A stretch of 64,000 nt of DNA, from the IMG/VR virus record IMGVR_UViG_3300042147_000020, positions 1-64,000 of that record. The stretch is one strand, 5' to 3'. The notes under the pieces are model-generated. The model made no database searches, had not been told where the DNA came from, and worked only from the letters and a program-made list of their open reading frames with translations. Positions within the stretch are counted from its first letter, which is position 1, and each line of letters begins with the position of its first letter. The translations under genes and the position numbers were made by a program. Shown here piece after piece: positions 18,504 to 27,436 of this stretch.

Positions 18504-18553
18504 TTTGTCACCTCCGATGGGGGGACACGTGCTACCAAAAGATAGACTGAGAC

Positions 18554-18594
18554 ACCACCACACAAGGGGTCAGTAACTCCCCTTGTGTGGTGGT
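18554..18594. repeat. Perfect 16-bp inverted repeat (hairpin without a U-tract in the operon direction)
   Basis: ACCACCACACAAGGGG-TCAGTAACT-CCCCTTGTGTGGTGGT. Confidence 0.8.
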
Positions 18595-18600
18595 TATGCG

Positions 18601-21600
18601 TTAAACAGAAGCACCGACGGTACCAATCCACTTCGTACCATCCCACAACAAAGTGACAATGGTGGTGGAAGCACCGAGTACAGGAGCAGCACCACCGTTC
18701 CACGTGATGGTTGGCCACGTGATCGTTGCAGCACCTTGGATGACCAACACCACGGACATGGTACGAGTTGCACCCGGCACCGTACCGGCTTTGAACGAGA
18801 TGGTAGTCGCAGTGGAGTTAGCCACCGACCACACGTTACCGATGGCCAAGTCGAGGACACCAGCCGCAGCAGCGTTCATCTTCAGGTCGTAGACGTCCAA
18901 GGACACCCAAGCACCGTTCTTACGCAGGTACTGTTTACCGTCAGAGGCAGCGTCCGCGAGGGAAGCCGGAACGATCACCCACGCTGCACCTTTACGCATG
19001 TAGCCGTTGGCATCGTTCGGAGCATCTTGCAGAACAGAGACCCACGCTGCACCTTTACGACCGTAAGCCAAGGCGTCGTTAGGTGCTTCAGGGAGACCGG
19101 CAGGAACAGTAACTTCCGCCCATGCTCCATTCTTACGAGCGTATTGTTTACCGTCGTTAGGAGCTTCTGCTACTGCGAAGACCACCTCAGTCCAAGCACC
19201 GTTCTTACGAACGTATTGCTTGCCATCACTCAGAGCTTCAGCCACAGGGACTGCTACCCAAGCGCCGTTCTTCCGGGTGTAGAAACCACCATCAGACGGA
19301 GCTTCGGAGATACCAGCCGCAGGGATCACGACTTCAAGCCAAGAACCGTTCTTACGGATGTACTGCTTACCGTCGAGCGGTGCTTCGATGACAGGGATCT
19401 CGAACCAGACACCATCTTCACGACCATACAGCTTGCCGTCTTGTGGTGCTTCCAGTACGTCGACCTTAACCCACGCACCGTCTTTACGAGCGTAGTACTG
19501 ACCATCCGACAGGGCTTCCAGTACAGTGATCTCAACCCACTGATCGTATTGACGAGCGTAGACCTTACCATCGTCAGACGGACTGTAGACGTTACCACCA
19601 CCCATGTAACCGAGTGACACCCACAGAACGTCCGTAGACTTTCTGAAGTACTGCATGGTACCGGTGTTCAGGTAGTAGTCGGCACGACGACCGTCCAGTG
19701 GACCCGGATCACGACCCAGGGAAATCCAAGCAGTGCCTGGTTCACCTTTGTCGCCAGTGAAACCGATCGGACCTTTCGGACCAACGACCGTATCACCCTT
19801 ATCACCTTTGTCGCCCTTAGGACCTTGGATAGACCCCAAGTCATCATAGGCTGCACCAGTCCAACCCCAGAAGTTCAGCCCGATCATGTAACCCTGACCG
19901 AGAGTACCAGTACCCGGCAGGTCAGCAGTGCTAGCGAGTTTCCCGAGGATTGTGATACCCGGACCCATTGGACCGTCTTCACCTTGTGGTCCTACGATGT
20001 TGCCGAGGAATACCCAAGCGGTACCATCGTAGGAGTAAACGTCGCCATCACCGACGATGTAGCCGTCGCCTTGAACCATTCCAGTAACGGCGTTCAGAGC
20101 AGCGAGATCGACGAGGTTACCCTTCGGTTTGAAGTTGTTACCTTGATCACCTTTAGGACCTTCCGGACCAATCAAGCGAGCCAAGAAGTCGTTGATGCTG
20201 GTGATAGACGGATCGACGATCTGTGCCATCTCCAGAGCAGACTTACCAGTAGGACCAGTCAGGTCGCCGAGGTTAATCCAACCTGCACCGTTGTACACCC
20301 ATAAGTGACCAGTGACCATGTAGGTCCAGCCGATCTGCGGGTCAGCAACACCGTTGAGTAGGGACGGGTTAGACAGGATGCCTTTAGCGACCATGGAGTT
20401 ACCAGTGTCACCTTTGTCGCCTTTCACCCCGTCTTCACCTTGAGGACCTTGAATGACACCGAGGTCAAGCCACTCGTCACCATCCCAACCCCAGAAGTGA
20501 CCTTGGATCAGGTAGCCATCACCCAACTCACCCGTAGCAGGCAAACCGGCAGTGGTATCGAACTTACCTTTCAGTGTCAGACCGGCACCGAGGTCGCCCT
20601 TATCACCTTTGTCACCTTTGATGCTGTCACCTTGGTCGCCCTTAGGGCCAACGTAAGTACCACAGTCAACCCACGCACCACTGATGGTGACGTAGAGGTT
20701 CTGACCAGCGATCCAAGCAGCGAAAGCAGGAGCAACGGTAGGGTCTGGCAAGTTCTCGAAGGCGGCTACTTTACCAGCGATAACCAAGTTCTGACCCGGA
20801 TCACCTTTAGGACCGGTAACCGAATCACCTTTGTCCCCTTTAGGACCGGCCACAGCAATCAACCAATCTTCGACTGTCCCGGTGTAACCCGCTTCTACAG
20901 CCAGTGCGTAGTTCGACTTACCTTTGATACTCTCCAGCCATTCAGCCAGAGTACCCACATAGCCGTCTTCTTCAACGGCCAGTTGGTAAGCAGAGAGACC
21001 TTGAACAACACCGAGGTCTTCCCATTCAGTACCCGACCACACCCACAAGTGACCTTGGATGTAGTAACCGTCACCACCGGCGTTACCGGAAGGAGGGAGG
21101 TCGCCCGGATCTTCAAACTTACCCAACACCGAGATGGCGTTGGCAGGATCGCCTTTAACACCTTGAGGACCGATGTCGCCCTCGTCACCCTTAGGACCAA
21201 CCAAGCTTTCCAAGTACTGGAGCAACGTACCACTGAAACCGGTAGAGATCGCCAGTTCGTAGTTGTTCTTACCCACCAAGGAAGCCAACCATTGGGCTTC
21301 AGTGCCACTATAACCACGGGAAGCAGCCAGCTCGTAAGCCGACTTACCAGTAGGGCCGACTTGACCAACCTTGGCCCAGCCCACTGTATCCCAAACATAC
21401 ATGGACTCGTCGATGATCCAAGAGTCGCCGGAGACGTTATCCCCGTTAGGCAACTCGGAGATGTCTGACAGAGAACCCATGATCCGTAGACCGATACCAT
21501 CATGACCTTTGAGGGACTCGATCCACTCCTCGAACGTACCTGGGAACCCGCCTTCGATTACCGCAACGTCATACGCTGAGTAACCCTGAATACCGCGGAC

Positions 21601-21864
21601 CACACCAACGTTACGCCATTCGCCTTCTACCAACGTGTGGAGATCGTAGCCGATGATCCAAGAATCACCAGGCTGAGAGTCACCCACGTTCGGAAGGTTG
21701 ACCACGTCCGCCAAGGTACCCAAGATGCGAATCGAGTCGCCGTCTCTGCCCGCAGAGACGATCTCTGACAATGGGGCTTTCTTGCTGAACCCATTTTGAA
21801 CTACTTCGATTAACTCAGCGCCCGTGATGGGGCCCGCTGGGTCCATTTCTGAGATTTTACCCAT
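18601..21864 (-). CDS. Collagen-like fibre protein with ten tandem foldon-like repeats
   Basis: Gly-X-Y blocks (GPKGDKGD), SAYELA...WLxSLxG repeats, LPxxGxxGDxYxI...VWxGxxW repeats, and EAPxDGKQYxRKNGAW x10. Confidence 0.9.
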   Translation of the reverse strand: MGKISEMDPAGPITGAELIEVVQNGFSKKAPLSEIVSAGRDGDSIRILGTLADVVNLPNVGDSQPGDSWIIGYDLHTLVEGEWRNVGVVRGIQGYSAYDVAVIEGGFPGTFEEWIESLKGHDGIGLRIMGSLSDISELPNGDNVSGDSWIIDESMYVWDTVGWAKVGQVGPTGKSAYELAASRGYSGTEAQWLASLVGKNNYELAISTGFSGTLLQYLESLVGPKGDEGDIGPQGVKGDPANAISVLGKFEDPGDLPPSGNAGGDGYYIQGHLWVWSGTEWEDLGVVQGLSAYQLAVEEDGYVGTLAEWLESIKGKSNYALAVEAGYTGTVEDWLIAVAGPKGDKGDSVTGPKGDPGQNLVIAGKVAAFENLPDPTVAPAFAAWIAGQNLYVTISGAWVDCGTYVGPKGDQGDSIKGDKGDKGDLGAGLTLKGKFDTTAGLPATGELGDGYLIQGHFWGWDGDEWLDLGVIQGPQGEDGVKGDKGDTGNSMVAKGILSNPSLLNGVADPQIGWTYMVTGHLWVYNGAGWINLGDLTGPTGKSALEMAQIVDPSITSINDFLARLIGPEGPKGDQGNNFKPKGNLVDLAALNAVTGMVQGDGYIVGDGDVYSYDGTAWVFLGNIVGPQGEDGPMGPGITILGKLASTADLPGTGTLGQGYMIGLNFWGWTGAAYDDLGSIQGPKGDKGDKGDTVVGPKGPIGFTGDKGEPGTAWISLGRDPGPLDGRRADYYLNTGTMQYFRKSTDVLWVSLGYMGGGNVYSPSDDGKVYARQYDQWVEITVLEALSDGQYYARKDGAWVKVDVLEAPQDGKLYGREDGVWFEIPVIEAPLDGKQYIRKNGSWLEVVIPAAGISEAPSDGGFYTRKNGAWVAVPVAEALSDGKQYVRKNGAWTEVVFAVAEAPNDGKQYARKNGAWAEVTVPAGLPEAPNDALAYGRKGAAWVSVLQDAPNDANGYMRKGAAWVIVPASLADAASDGKQYLRKNGAWVSLDVYDLKMNAAAAGVLDLAIGNVWSVANSTATTISFKAGTVPGATRTMSVVLVIQGAATITWPTITWNGGAAPVLGASTTIVTLLWDGTKWIGTVGASV

Positions 21865-21898
21865 TGCAAAATACCTTTGTTAAAAATGGGGTTCCTAA

Positions 21899-22450
21899 TT
21901 AAGCTGCGTCCTCAAGACGAATGGTACCGTCTTCCTGCAACCTCACACTACCGTCTTCTTCCAGACGCGCATTACCTTCGACTGGACTAACAAGAGTAAT
22001 CGGTAAAGAACCAGTATAAAGCAACGAGCTAGCTTTAGCTCTTAGCTGAATTGTTACTTCATTAGTACCCGGTGCCGGTGTCGGTAATTCGGTGACAGTA
22101 AACTCAACGTCACTTGCCACCAACTGTAATTGTTGAACCACATAGCTCAACGTTAGGGCCAAATCAGCCGCTGGAGGACAGGAGAACCCTGAACCCAGTA
22201 CGAGGAGTGCGTCGCGGTGATAGTGGACTTCTACTGACCCGGTGAGTACCTGACCGGCCTTGGCAGTTATGACAACTTTCGTGTTATACCACGCGTCAGT
22301 TGGTGAATCCCACGCGACTGGCGCCGAGTGAGTTACCTGAGAAGCTAGGAGGGGTTTATTTGGACTGGTTCCATTGATGGCCGCGAAAAAGTTCTCTTCG
22401 GCGGTTTTCACCGGATCAATCTGTAATCGGTTAGTCACTACGCCTGACAT
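21899..22450 (-). CDS. Virion structural protein (paralog family, 1 of 5)
   Basis: NTKVxIT...GSVEVHYHR...AKASSLLYTG; C-terminal RLxEDG repeats. Confidence 0.7.
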   Translation of the reverse strand: MSGVVTNRLQIDPVKTAEENFFAAINGTSPNKPLLASQVTHSAPVAWDSPTDAWYNTKVVITAKAGQVLTGSVEVHYHRDALLVLGSGFSCPPAADLALTLSYVVQQLQLVASDVEFTVTELPTPAPGTNEVTIQLRAKASSLLYTGSLPITLVSPVEGNARLEEDGSVRLQEDGTIRLEDAA

Positions 22451-22514
22451 GATAATCATCCTCTAGATAGAGCACGGTCTCTGGATTAACGACCCGCTAT
22501 TAATAGACACTCGA

Positions 22515-22545
22515 CATAAAGTCCGGGCCGTCCCCGGCTTTTATG
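22515..22545. terminator. Terminator-like hairpin
   Basis: CATAAAGTCCGGG...CCCGGCTTTTATG. Confidence 0.6.
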
Positions 22546-22560
22546 TTGTTACCGAACCAC

Positions 22561-23142
22561 TTAAGCTTCTGGATCGAAGCCGTCGAGGTCAGTAACCGGG
22601 GTAGCGATAGCCAAGCTCAGCGGTACGATAGTCAGGCCGACGAGTTCTGGGTTTACGATGATCTGACTGAGCTGAACCGAACTAGGTTCGATTATTAAAG
22701 TCAGACTACCCCGATACGCCAAAGAGCCAACAGAAGCTTTCAGCTCTACCACGTCGGCATCGACAAAATCGGTGGGGAGTGCTGTGGTTAGATCAATGTC
22801 CGTCAGCTCCAAAGCTGATCTGTAGTAGGCATTAAATCCGTCCAACAGGGTGGCGTGGGTAGGGGGAACTTCAACCACGATTCCTTGTGGGTCAGCCAGA
22901 GTTTCGAACTCCGCCAAATCAATCCGATCGTACGCGAGTTCTACTTCACCTACGAGACGACGGTTAGGTTTGGGTGTGATGATGATTTTGGTATTGGCAG
23001 GGTTTTCTGCCCCAGGTTGTTGTTCTGGTGTGAGGACTGACGGCGCGCTAAATTGGACGTCGTCAAGCGTCAAGTCCAACGAGTCTGTCTCGTTGATCAG
23101 AGCCAGGAGCTGCTCTGCGGATGTCATTCCAATGTGATACAT
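22561..23142 (-). CDS. Virion structural protein (paralog 2 of 5)
   Basis: LLALINE...NTKIIIT...YDR...SLAYRG; ends ATPVTDLDGFDPEA. Confidence 0.75.
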   Translation of the reverse strand: MYHIGMTSAEQLLALINETDSLDLTLDDVQFSAPSVLTPEQQPGAENPANTKIIITPKPNRRLVGEVELAYDRIDLAEFETLADPQGIVVEVPPTHATLLDGFNAYYRSALELTDIDLTTALPTDFVDADVVELKASVGSLAYRGSLTLIIEPSSVQLSQIIVNPELVGLTIVPLSLAIATPVTDLDGFDPEA

Positions 23143-23235
23143 GACGTGTACGCCTGCATGATTGAATGGAGTTTGCCGAAGTTCTCGACCCCGTCAAAAG
23201 ATAAGTCGCCCTAAACAGCAAACCCCCGGAGACCG

Positions 23236-23679
23236 TTACACCAAACGCAGGGCTACAGTAATTGAACCACCTACGTACAGCAAGTTACCGACGATAGGGG
23301 TTACAGTCACAGTGCCGTCAGTTGCGTCGACTGGGATAGTGAGCGCTGTGAACTCAACAGCCGATTCGATGATTCGCAGAGCAGCCGCTACTTTGGTTTT
23401 GACGTCAGCTTCAGTGTCAGTTGCCGTAACGTCTACAGCCGCAGGGGTAGGGATCTCTTGGGAGGCCAGCGTAGCACGGTCGTAGGTGTACGTCAGGCTA
23501 CCGGTGTAACCATGGCCAACAATACCCGTCAGCGTCACCTCAGTGTTGTCTGTGGTCTCGCCAGTAGGTTCCACAGCAGGACCAGCCGTCACACGACCTT
23601 CAGCCAGCAACGTACCGTTCTTCTCGTTTACCAACGCCAACACGTTTGTCAGAGGACTCACGCTCAAGTTGATTTTCAT
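23236..23679 (-). CDS. Virion structural protein (paralog 3 of 5)
   Basis: NVLALVNEKN...NTEVTLT...YTYDR...LLYVG. Confidence 0.75.
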   Translation of the reverse strand: MKINLSVSPLTNVLALVNEKNGTLLAEGRVTAGPAVEPTGETTDNTEVTLTGIVGHGYTGSLTYTYDRATLASQEIPTPAAVDVTATDTEADVKTKVAAALRIIESAVEFTALTIPVDATDGTVTVTPIVGNLLYVGGSITVALRLV

Positions 23680-23703
23680 ACATAATTCCTCTACTAGAAG
23701 ATG

Positions 23704-23736
23704 GCATAAAAGCCGGGAGTGACCCCGGCTTTTATG
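23704..23736. terminator. Terminator hairpin (possibly bidirectional)
   Basis: CATAAAAGCCGGG-AGTGAC-CCCGGCTTTTATG. Confidence 0.75.
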
Positions 23737-23749
23737 TTGTAACTAAACC

Positions 23750-24256
23750 TTAGGCTTCAGCTTCGAAGCCGTCCAGGTCAGTTACTGGGGTAGCGCTGGA
23801 CAGGCTGACATCAGCCAAGCTCAGCGGTACGACGCGAACGCCGGTGTACAGCAGGCTGGTAGCCTTGGCGGTCAGGGTGACCGAACCGTCGGTGTCCATA
23901 TCAACAGGAGCGCTGAAAGCGCTGTAGTCGAATTCGCCAGCGACCAGACCCAGAGCAGCCAGAACCTTAACAACGGACTCAGCCTGATCGTCGTCAACCA
24001 GGGTATCAACCTTGGCTGGGGCGGTGGACGCAACAGCGTCGGTAGCGATGCTACGACGGGTGTAAGCGTAGGTCTGAGTGCCGGTGTAGTCGGCGATTGC
24101 AGTCAGGGTAACTTCGGTGTTACGACCGCCAGTGCCAGCAACAACGCTTGGGTTACCAACGGTAACTTGTGCTTCGGTGATCACTTGACCAACGTTGACA
24201 CCGTTGATCAGGTCCAGAATGTTCTGGATGGCGCTTTTAGCAGCATTAACTTTCAT
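23750..24256 (-). CDS. Virion structural protein (paralog 4 of 5)
   Basis: NILDLING...NTEVTLT...YAYTR...SLLYTG; ends ATPVTDLDGFEAEA. Confidence 0.75.
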   Translation of the reverse strand: MKVNAAKSAIQNILDLINGVNVGQVITEAQVTVGNPSVVAGTGGRNTEVTLTAIADYTGTQTYAYTRRSIATDAVASTAPAKVDTLVDDDQAESVVKVLAALGLVAGEFDYSAFSAPVDMDTDGSVTLTAKATSLLYTGVRVVPLSLADVSLSSATPVTDLDGFEAEA

Positions 24257-24389
24257 GGCGTACTCCAGCTATCCATAAGTAGACACAATGTCTACTCATA
24301 GTATTGTTAAGTAAAAGAATACATAAGTCGGCAATTCACTTATGGTTATAGGTGCACCCTTCTCATTGGCCGTTTATAGGAGCCTCAAC

Positions 24390-24836
24390 GTGATTGTTGA
24401 TCATACCCTAACCCCGCTACAAAACATCATTGCCCTGATCAACGAAACCAACGATACGGCTTTCACCGCCGACGATTTCGTTCTTTCGGGTCTGGTGCAA
24501 ACCGACCTCACCGGTGACGTAACGGTGAAGAACTCCACCATTGTTGTGACATGTACTCTGAACAACGAGTTCTACGGCAACCAGACTTTGACTTTCCGTC
24601 GCCTCTACGTTCAAGAGATCGTCAAGTCCGACGACTACGTTATTCAGTCCGGTGACACTCTGGACTCGATCCGCCTGATGATCGCTGATCGTTACTTGAT
24701 GATCCCAGGTGAACTGGAGTGGGACAAGCCTGAGCTGGACGTACCAGTTGGTGAAACCTCTCCGTATGTACTGCGTGCCAAAGACGGTAGCCTGTGCTAC
24801 GTGGGTGAACTGACAATTACCTTCATCCAAAACTAA
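24390..24836 (+). CDS. Virion structural protein (paralog 5 of 5, inverted)
   Basis: NIIALINETN...NSTIVVT...TFRR...AKDGSLCYVG; start moved to GTG 24390 (AGGAG RBS). Confidence 0.75.
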   Translation: MIVDHTLTPLQNIIALINETNDTAFTADDFVLSGLVQTDLTGDVTVKNSTIVVTCTLNNEFYGNQTLTFRRLYVQEIVKSDDYVIQSGDTLDSIRLMIADRYLMIPGELEWDKPELDVPVGETSPYVLRAKDGSLCYVGELTITFIQN

Positions 24837-24838
24837 GC

Positions 24839-24876
24839 GCATAAAGAGGGAGGCCTTCGGGCCTCCCTCTATGCCG
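24839..24876. terminator. Bidirectional terminator between convergent genes
   Basis: GCATAAAGAGGGAGGCC-TTCG-GGCCTCCCTCTATGC. Confidence 0.8.
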
Positions 24877-24878
24877 TC

Positions 24879-25517
24879 TTACAGAAAACGCTCTTCCAAA
24901 CACGCGATGACTTTTGGTAAGTTCTCGATGATTGGGAGTTCACCATCCAGTATCAATGTCGAGTCAGGCATCGACTGGAACCGCTTCAGGAAGCCCTCAC
25001 GGACGTCGTGATGGTAATCAATACCTTTCTTCTCGATGCGGTCCTTGCGACGCTCTTCGTCGGTCTGGCGCTTGAATGACACCGTCGGACAGATGTCGAG
25101 GTAGATCACCAAGTCAGGCCGGAAGCCTTTCAAGGTCATCTCTTCGATTGTAAGGAAGTCTTGTTCAGAAACGTCACCCGCGTAGTACTGCATTGCGTAA
25201 GACGAATCGACAAAACGATCCATCAGTACAATGTGACCCAGTTCCAAATTCGGCAGGATCAGGTTATGTACGTTCTGATAACGCAATGCCATCAACGTAA
25301 ACAACTCGGCCATCGGGTGATACGTCTCTTCACGGACTTTTAACAGCGTGTGTCGCAACTCTACACCCACCTCAGTGCCGCCGGGCTCGTTGGAGTTGAT
25401 AATGAAGTTACTCACACGCTCTTGGAGCCATGCTTTAACAGCCCGCAACATCGACGACTTACCACTGAAGTCGATACCTTCGAAGGCAATAAAGAACGGT
25501 TTAACTTTGGTCGTCAT
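24879..25517 (-). CDS. tmk: Thymidylate kinase
   Basis: FIAFEGIDFSGKSS P-loop, EPGGT, DRFVDSSYAMQ, PDLVIYLD, DRIE. Confidence 0.93.
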   Translation of the reverse strand: MTTKVKPFFIAFEGIDFSGKSSMLRAVKAWLQERVSNFIINSNEPGGTEVGVELRHTLLKVREETYHPMAELFTLMALRYQNVHNLILPNLELGHIVLMDRFVDSSYAMQYYAGDVSEQDFLTIEEMTLKGFRPDLVIYLDICPTVSFKRQTDEERRKDRIEKKGIDYHHDVREGFLKRFQSMPDSTLILDGELPIIENLPKVIACLEERFL

Positions 25518-26859
25518 GGTCGGTTTCCAAAAACAGAGTGATGGATGAGTTGGAGGTATAACGCCTCGCAGCCATCCCTTCCCCTTTCAAGTGGATAAAG
25601 TCTTGTACTTGGGTAACAACACCAAAAAGAATCTTCGTGGTGTTATCGTTTTCATAGAGGTACTGAACCGGCATCCCAGGATAGATCAATGAACCCTTGG
25701 AATGTTCCCACACCGCTTGAACAACCTGTCCCTTACGAGACGAGATCTTTGACAGTGCGGACATCAAGTTTCCAGAGACTTGCTTGGCTGCTTGTACAAC
25801 GTGATTCAGTCCACTCCCGGCTTCCTCGAACAACACTTCCGTAATGTTCTTACCGCGAGACAAAGTCGTGATGTTGTCAACAGTCTTACCAAAGCTTTCG
25901 AAGATAGACTTGGCATCCGTAAAACGGAGACCGTTACCTTCATCCACTTGACGAGACGACGACGTGTCAATCGACCGAGTGCCACCAGTGGTGATGATGA
26001 TTAACTGGTTGGCTGTTTCACGGTAAGTCCGTTCGATACCCGGCATTCGGTTCTCAGGGATGTTGATCACCGTCAAACCTTTAGGCGAGTCCTCGAAGCG
26101 TTTGGTGTTAAACAAGGGCCATACATACCAAGAGCCTTTGTGTAGATAAAAACCGATCTCGCTGTTGTAGATGCCACCACACTTGTCTTGCAAGTAGTTG
26201 GGTAGCGCCATCAAAGGAGTACCGTGAGGCACGACGATGTGAGCACGCTTCTCAGTGTTGTCTGCTGGAACACAATCAATCACGTCAATCGCAATGCCCC
26301 GTTCAGTTGGCATCTCTTTGGCTTCTTTGGTCAGGATCGTTCGCAAGACGTCCATTGGGGTACAACCTTTAAACACCCCACCGGTTGCTACTGAACGTAA
26401 CCACTCTGCCGCCGCATCGACTAACTGGAACTGAACCTTCGTTACATCACCCAAGTCGCCCAGCTCTGCCGTATCCAACAGGGGAGAACTGGATTCCTTA
26501 GCGTGACCACGAGGGTCCATCAACACTGCCGTGTAGGTAATGGTTTCTACCGCACCGTCTGGGTTGACAGCGTCTTCCACTTCACCGATGTACTGGCGCT
26601 GGACGATGGCTTGGATTTTGGTTTTGAAAGGATAGACTTTCTTGGTCAACGTACCCATACCGAAGACCACCTCCATGACCACAACGTCTGACACGTTAGT
26701 CCCGAAGTCACGCACGATGTCAATCGACAGCAACTTCAAAGGATCAACCTCAGAGCCATCAGGCATCCTGAGTTTCACGCTGTAGTCATAGTGAACGAGG
26801 TTCGCACCTTGTTGGGTGATCTTGGTCACCTCGTTCATTATAGTACTGGTTTCTAACAT
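25501..26859 (-). CDS. Virion structural protein (possibly baseplate hub-like)
   Basis: 452-aa ORF in the structural cluster; specific role inferred from context and weak motifs only. Confidence 0.6.
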   Translation of the reverse strand: MLETSTIMNEVTKITQQGANLVHYDYSVKLRMPDGSEVDPLKLLSIDIVRDFGTNVSDVVVMEVVFGMGTLTKKVYPFKTKIQAIVQRQYIGEVEDAVNPDGAVETITYTAVLMDPRGHAKESSSPLLDTAELGDLGDVTKVQFQLVDAAAEWLRSVATGGVFKGCTPMDVLRTILTKEAKEMPTERGIAIDVIDCVPADNTEKRAHIVVPHGTPLMALPNYLQDKCGGIYNSEIGFYLHKGSWYVWPLFNTKRFEDSPKGLTVINIPENRMPGIERTYRETANQLIIITTGGTRSIDTSSSRQVDEGNGLRFTDAKSIFESFGKTVDNITTLSRGKNITEVLFEEAGSGLNHVVQAAKQVSGNLMSALSKISSRKGQVVQAVWEHSKGSLIYPGMPVQYLYENDNTTKILFGVVTQVQDFIHLKGEGMAARRYTSNSSITLFLETDHDDQS

Positions 26860-27434
26860 TAGACAGCCCCTCCACGACGGTTAACTTCACGAGCAATGAC
26901 CTGAGCCATTGGACTGTGTTCTGTAGGGACTTCACTCTGCACTTCTTCTGCCGTCTTGAGATTACGAGACACTGTAGCTCGGCGGTTGAGGCGATCCAGA
27001 CTACGGAACAAACGAGAGCCACTGACCTGAGTCGTCATGTGCTGACGCGCCATTGGGTAGATCTCTTTGGCAAACTGATCCAGCAGCCTCAAGTCTTCCA
27101 CGGGTACGTCGTCACGGCGGTTAGGGTCTTTGGTCACCTCGTCTGTCCAGTCGTTGATGTGCTCAACAATCCACTGGTAGATCTGTTTGGACTCCTCAGG
27201 ATGTACCAGAGACAGCGCAGCCCCGTCAGCCATGTGCTGGGCCATCTGAGCAACAGTCAGGTTGGCTTTCACAGTGGACTGAAAGGTCTGGGCGTCTACG
27301 TCCGCATCACCAGAGGTGTACAACCCAAACTTCTTAACGTACTCTTGGGAGTACAGGTACATCGCAGGAATCATGCACTCCACAAAGTAGTTGAAGATTT
27401 TGTAGGCGGCTGTGTGATGCGGCTGTTCCATCAT
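26859..27434 (-). CDS. Hypothetical protein in the structural operon
   Basis: 191 aa, coupled to both neighbours. Confidence 0.75.
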   Translation of the reverse strand: MMEQPHHTAAYKIFNYFVECMIPAMYLYSQEYVKKFGLYTSGDADVDAQTFQSTVKANLTVAQMAQHMADGAALSLVHPEESKQIYQWIVEHINDWTDEVTKDPNRRDDVPVEDLRLLDQFAKEIYPMARQHMTTQVSGSRLFRSLDRLNRRATVSRNLKTAEEVQSEVPTEHSPMAQVIAREVNRRGGAV

Positions 27435-27436
27435 GA

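Noticed and set aside
18895-19595. CRISPR-like or non-coding DNA repeat array
   Set aside because: The repeats are degenerate, in frame and vary at synonymous positions, so they are protein repeats.
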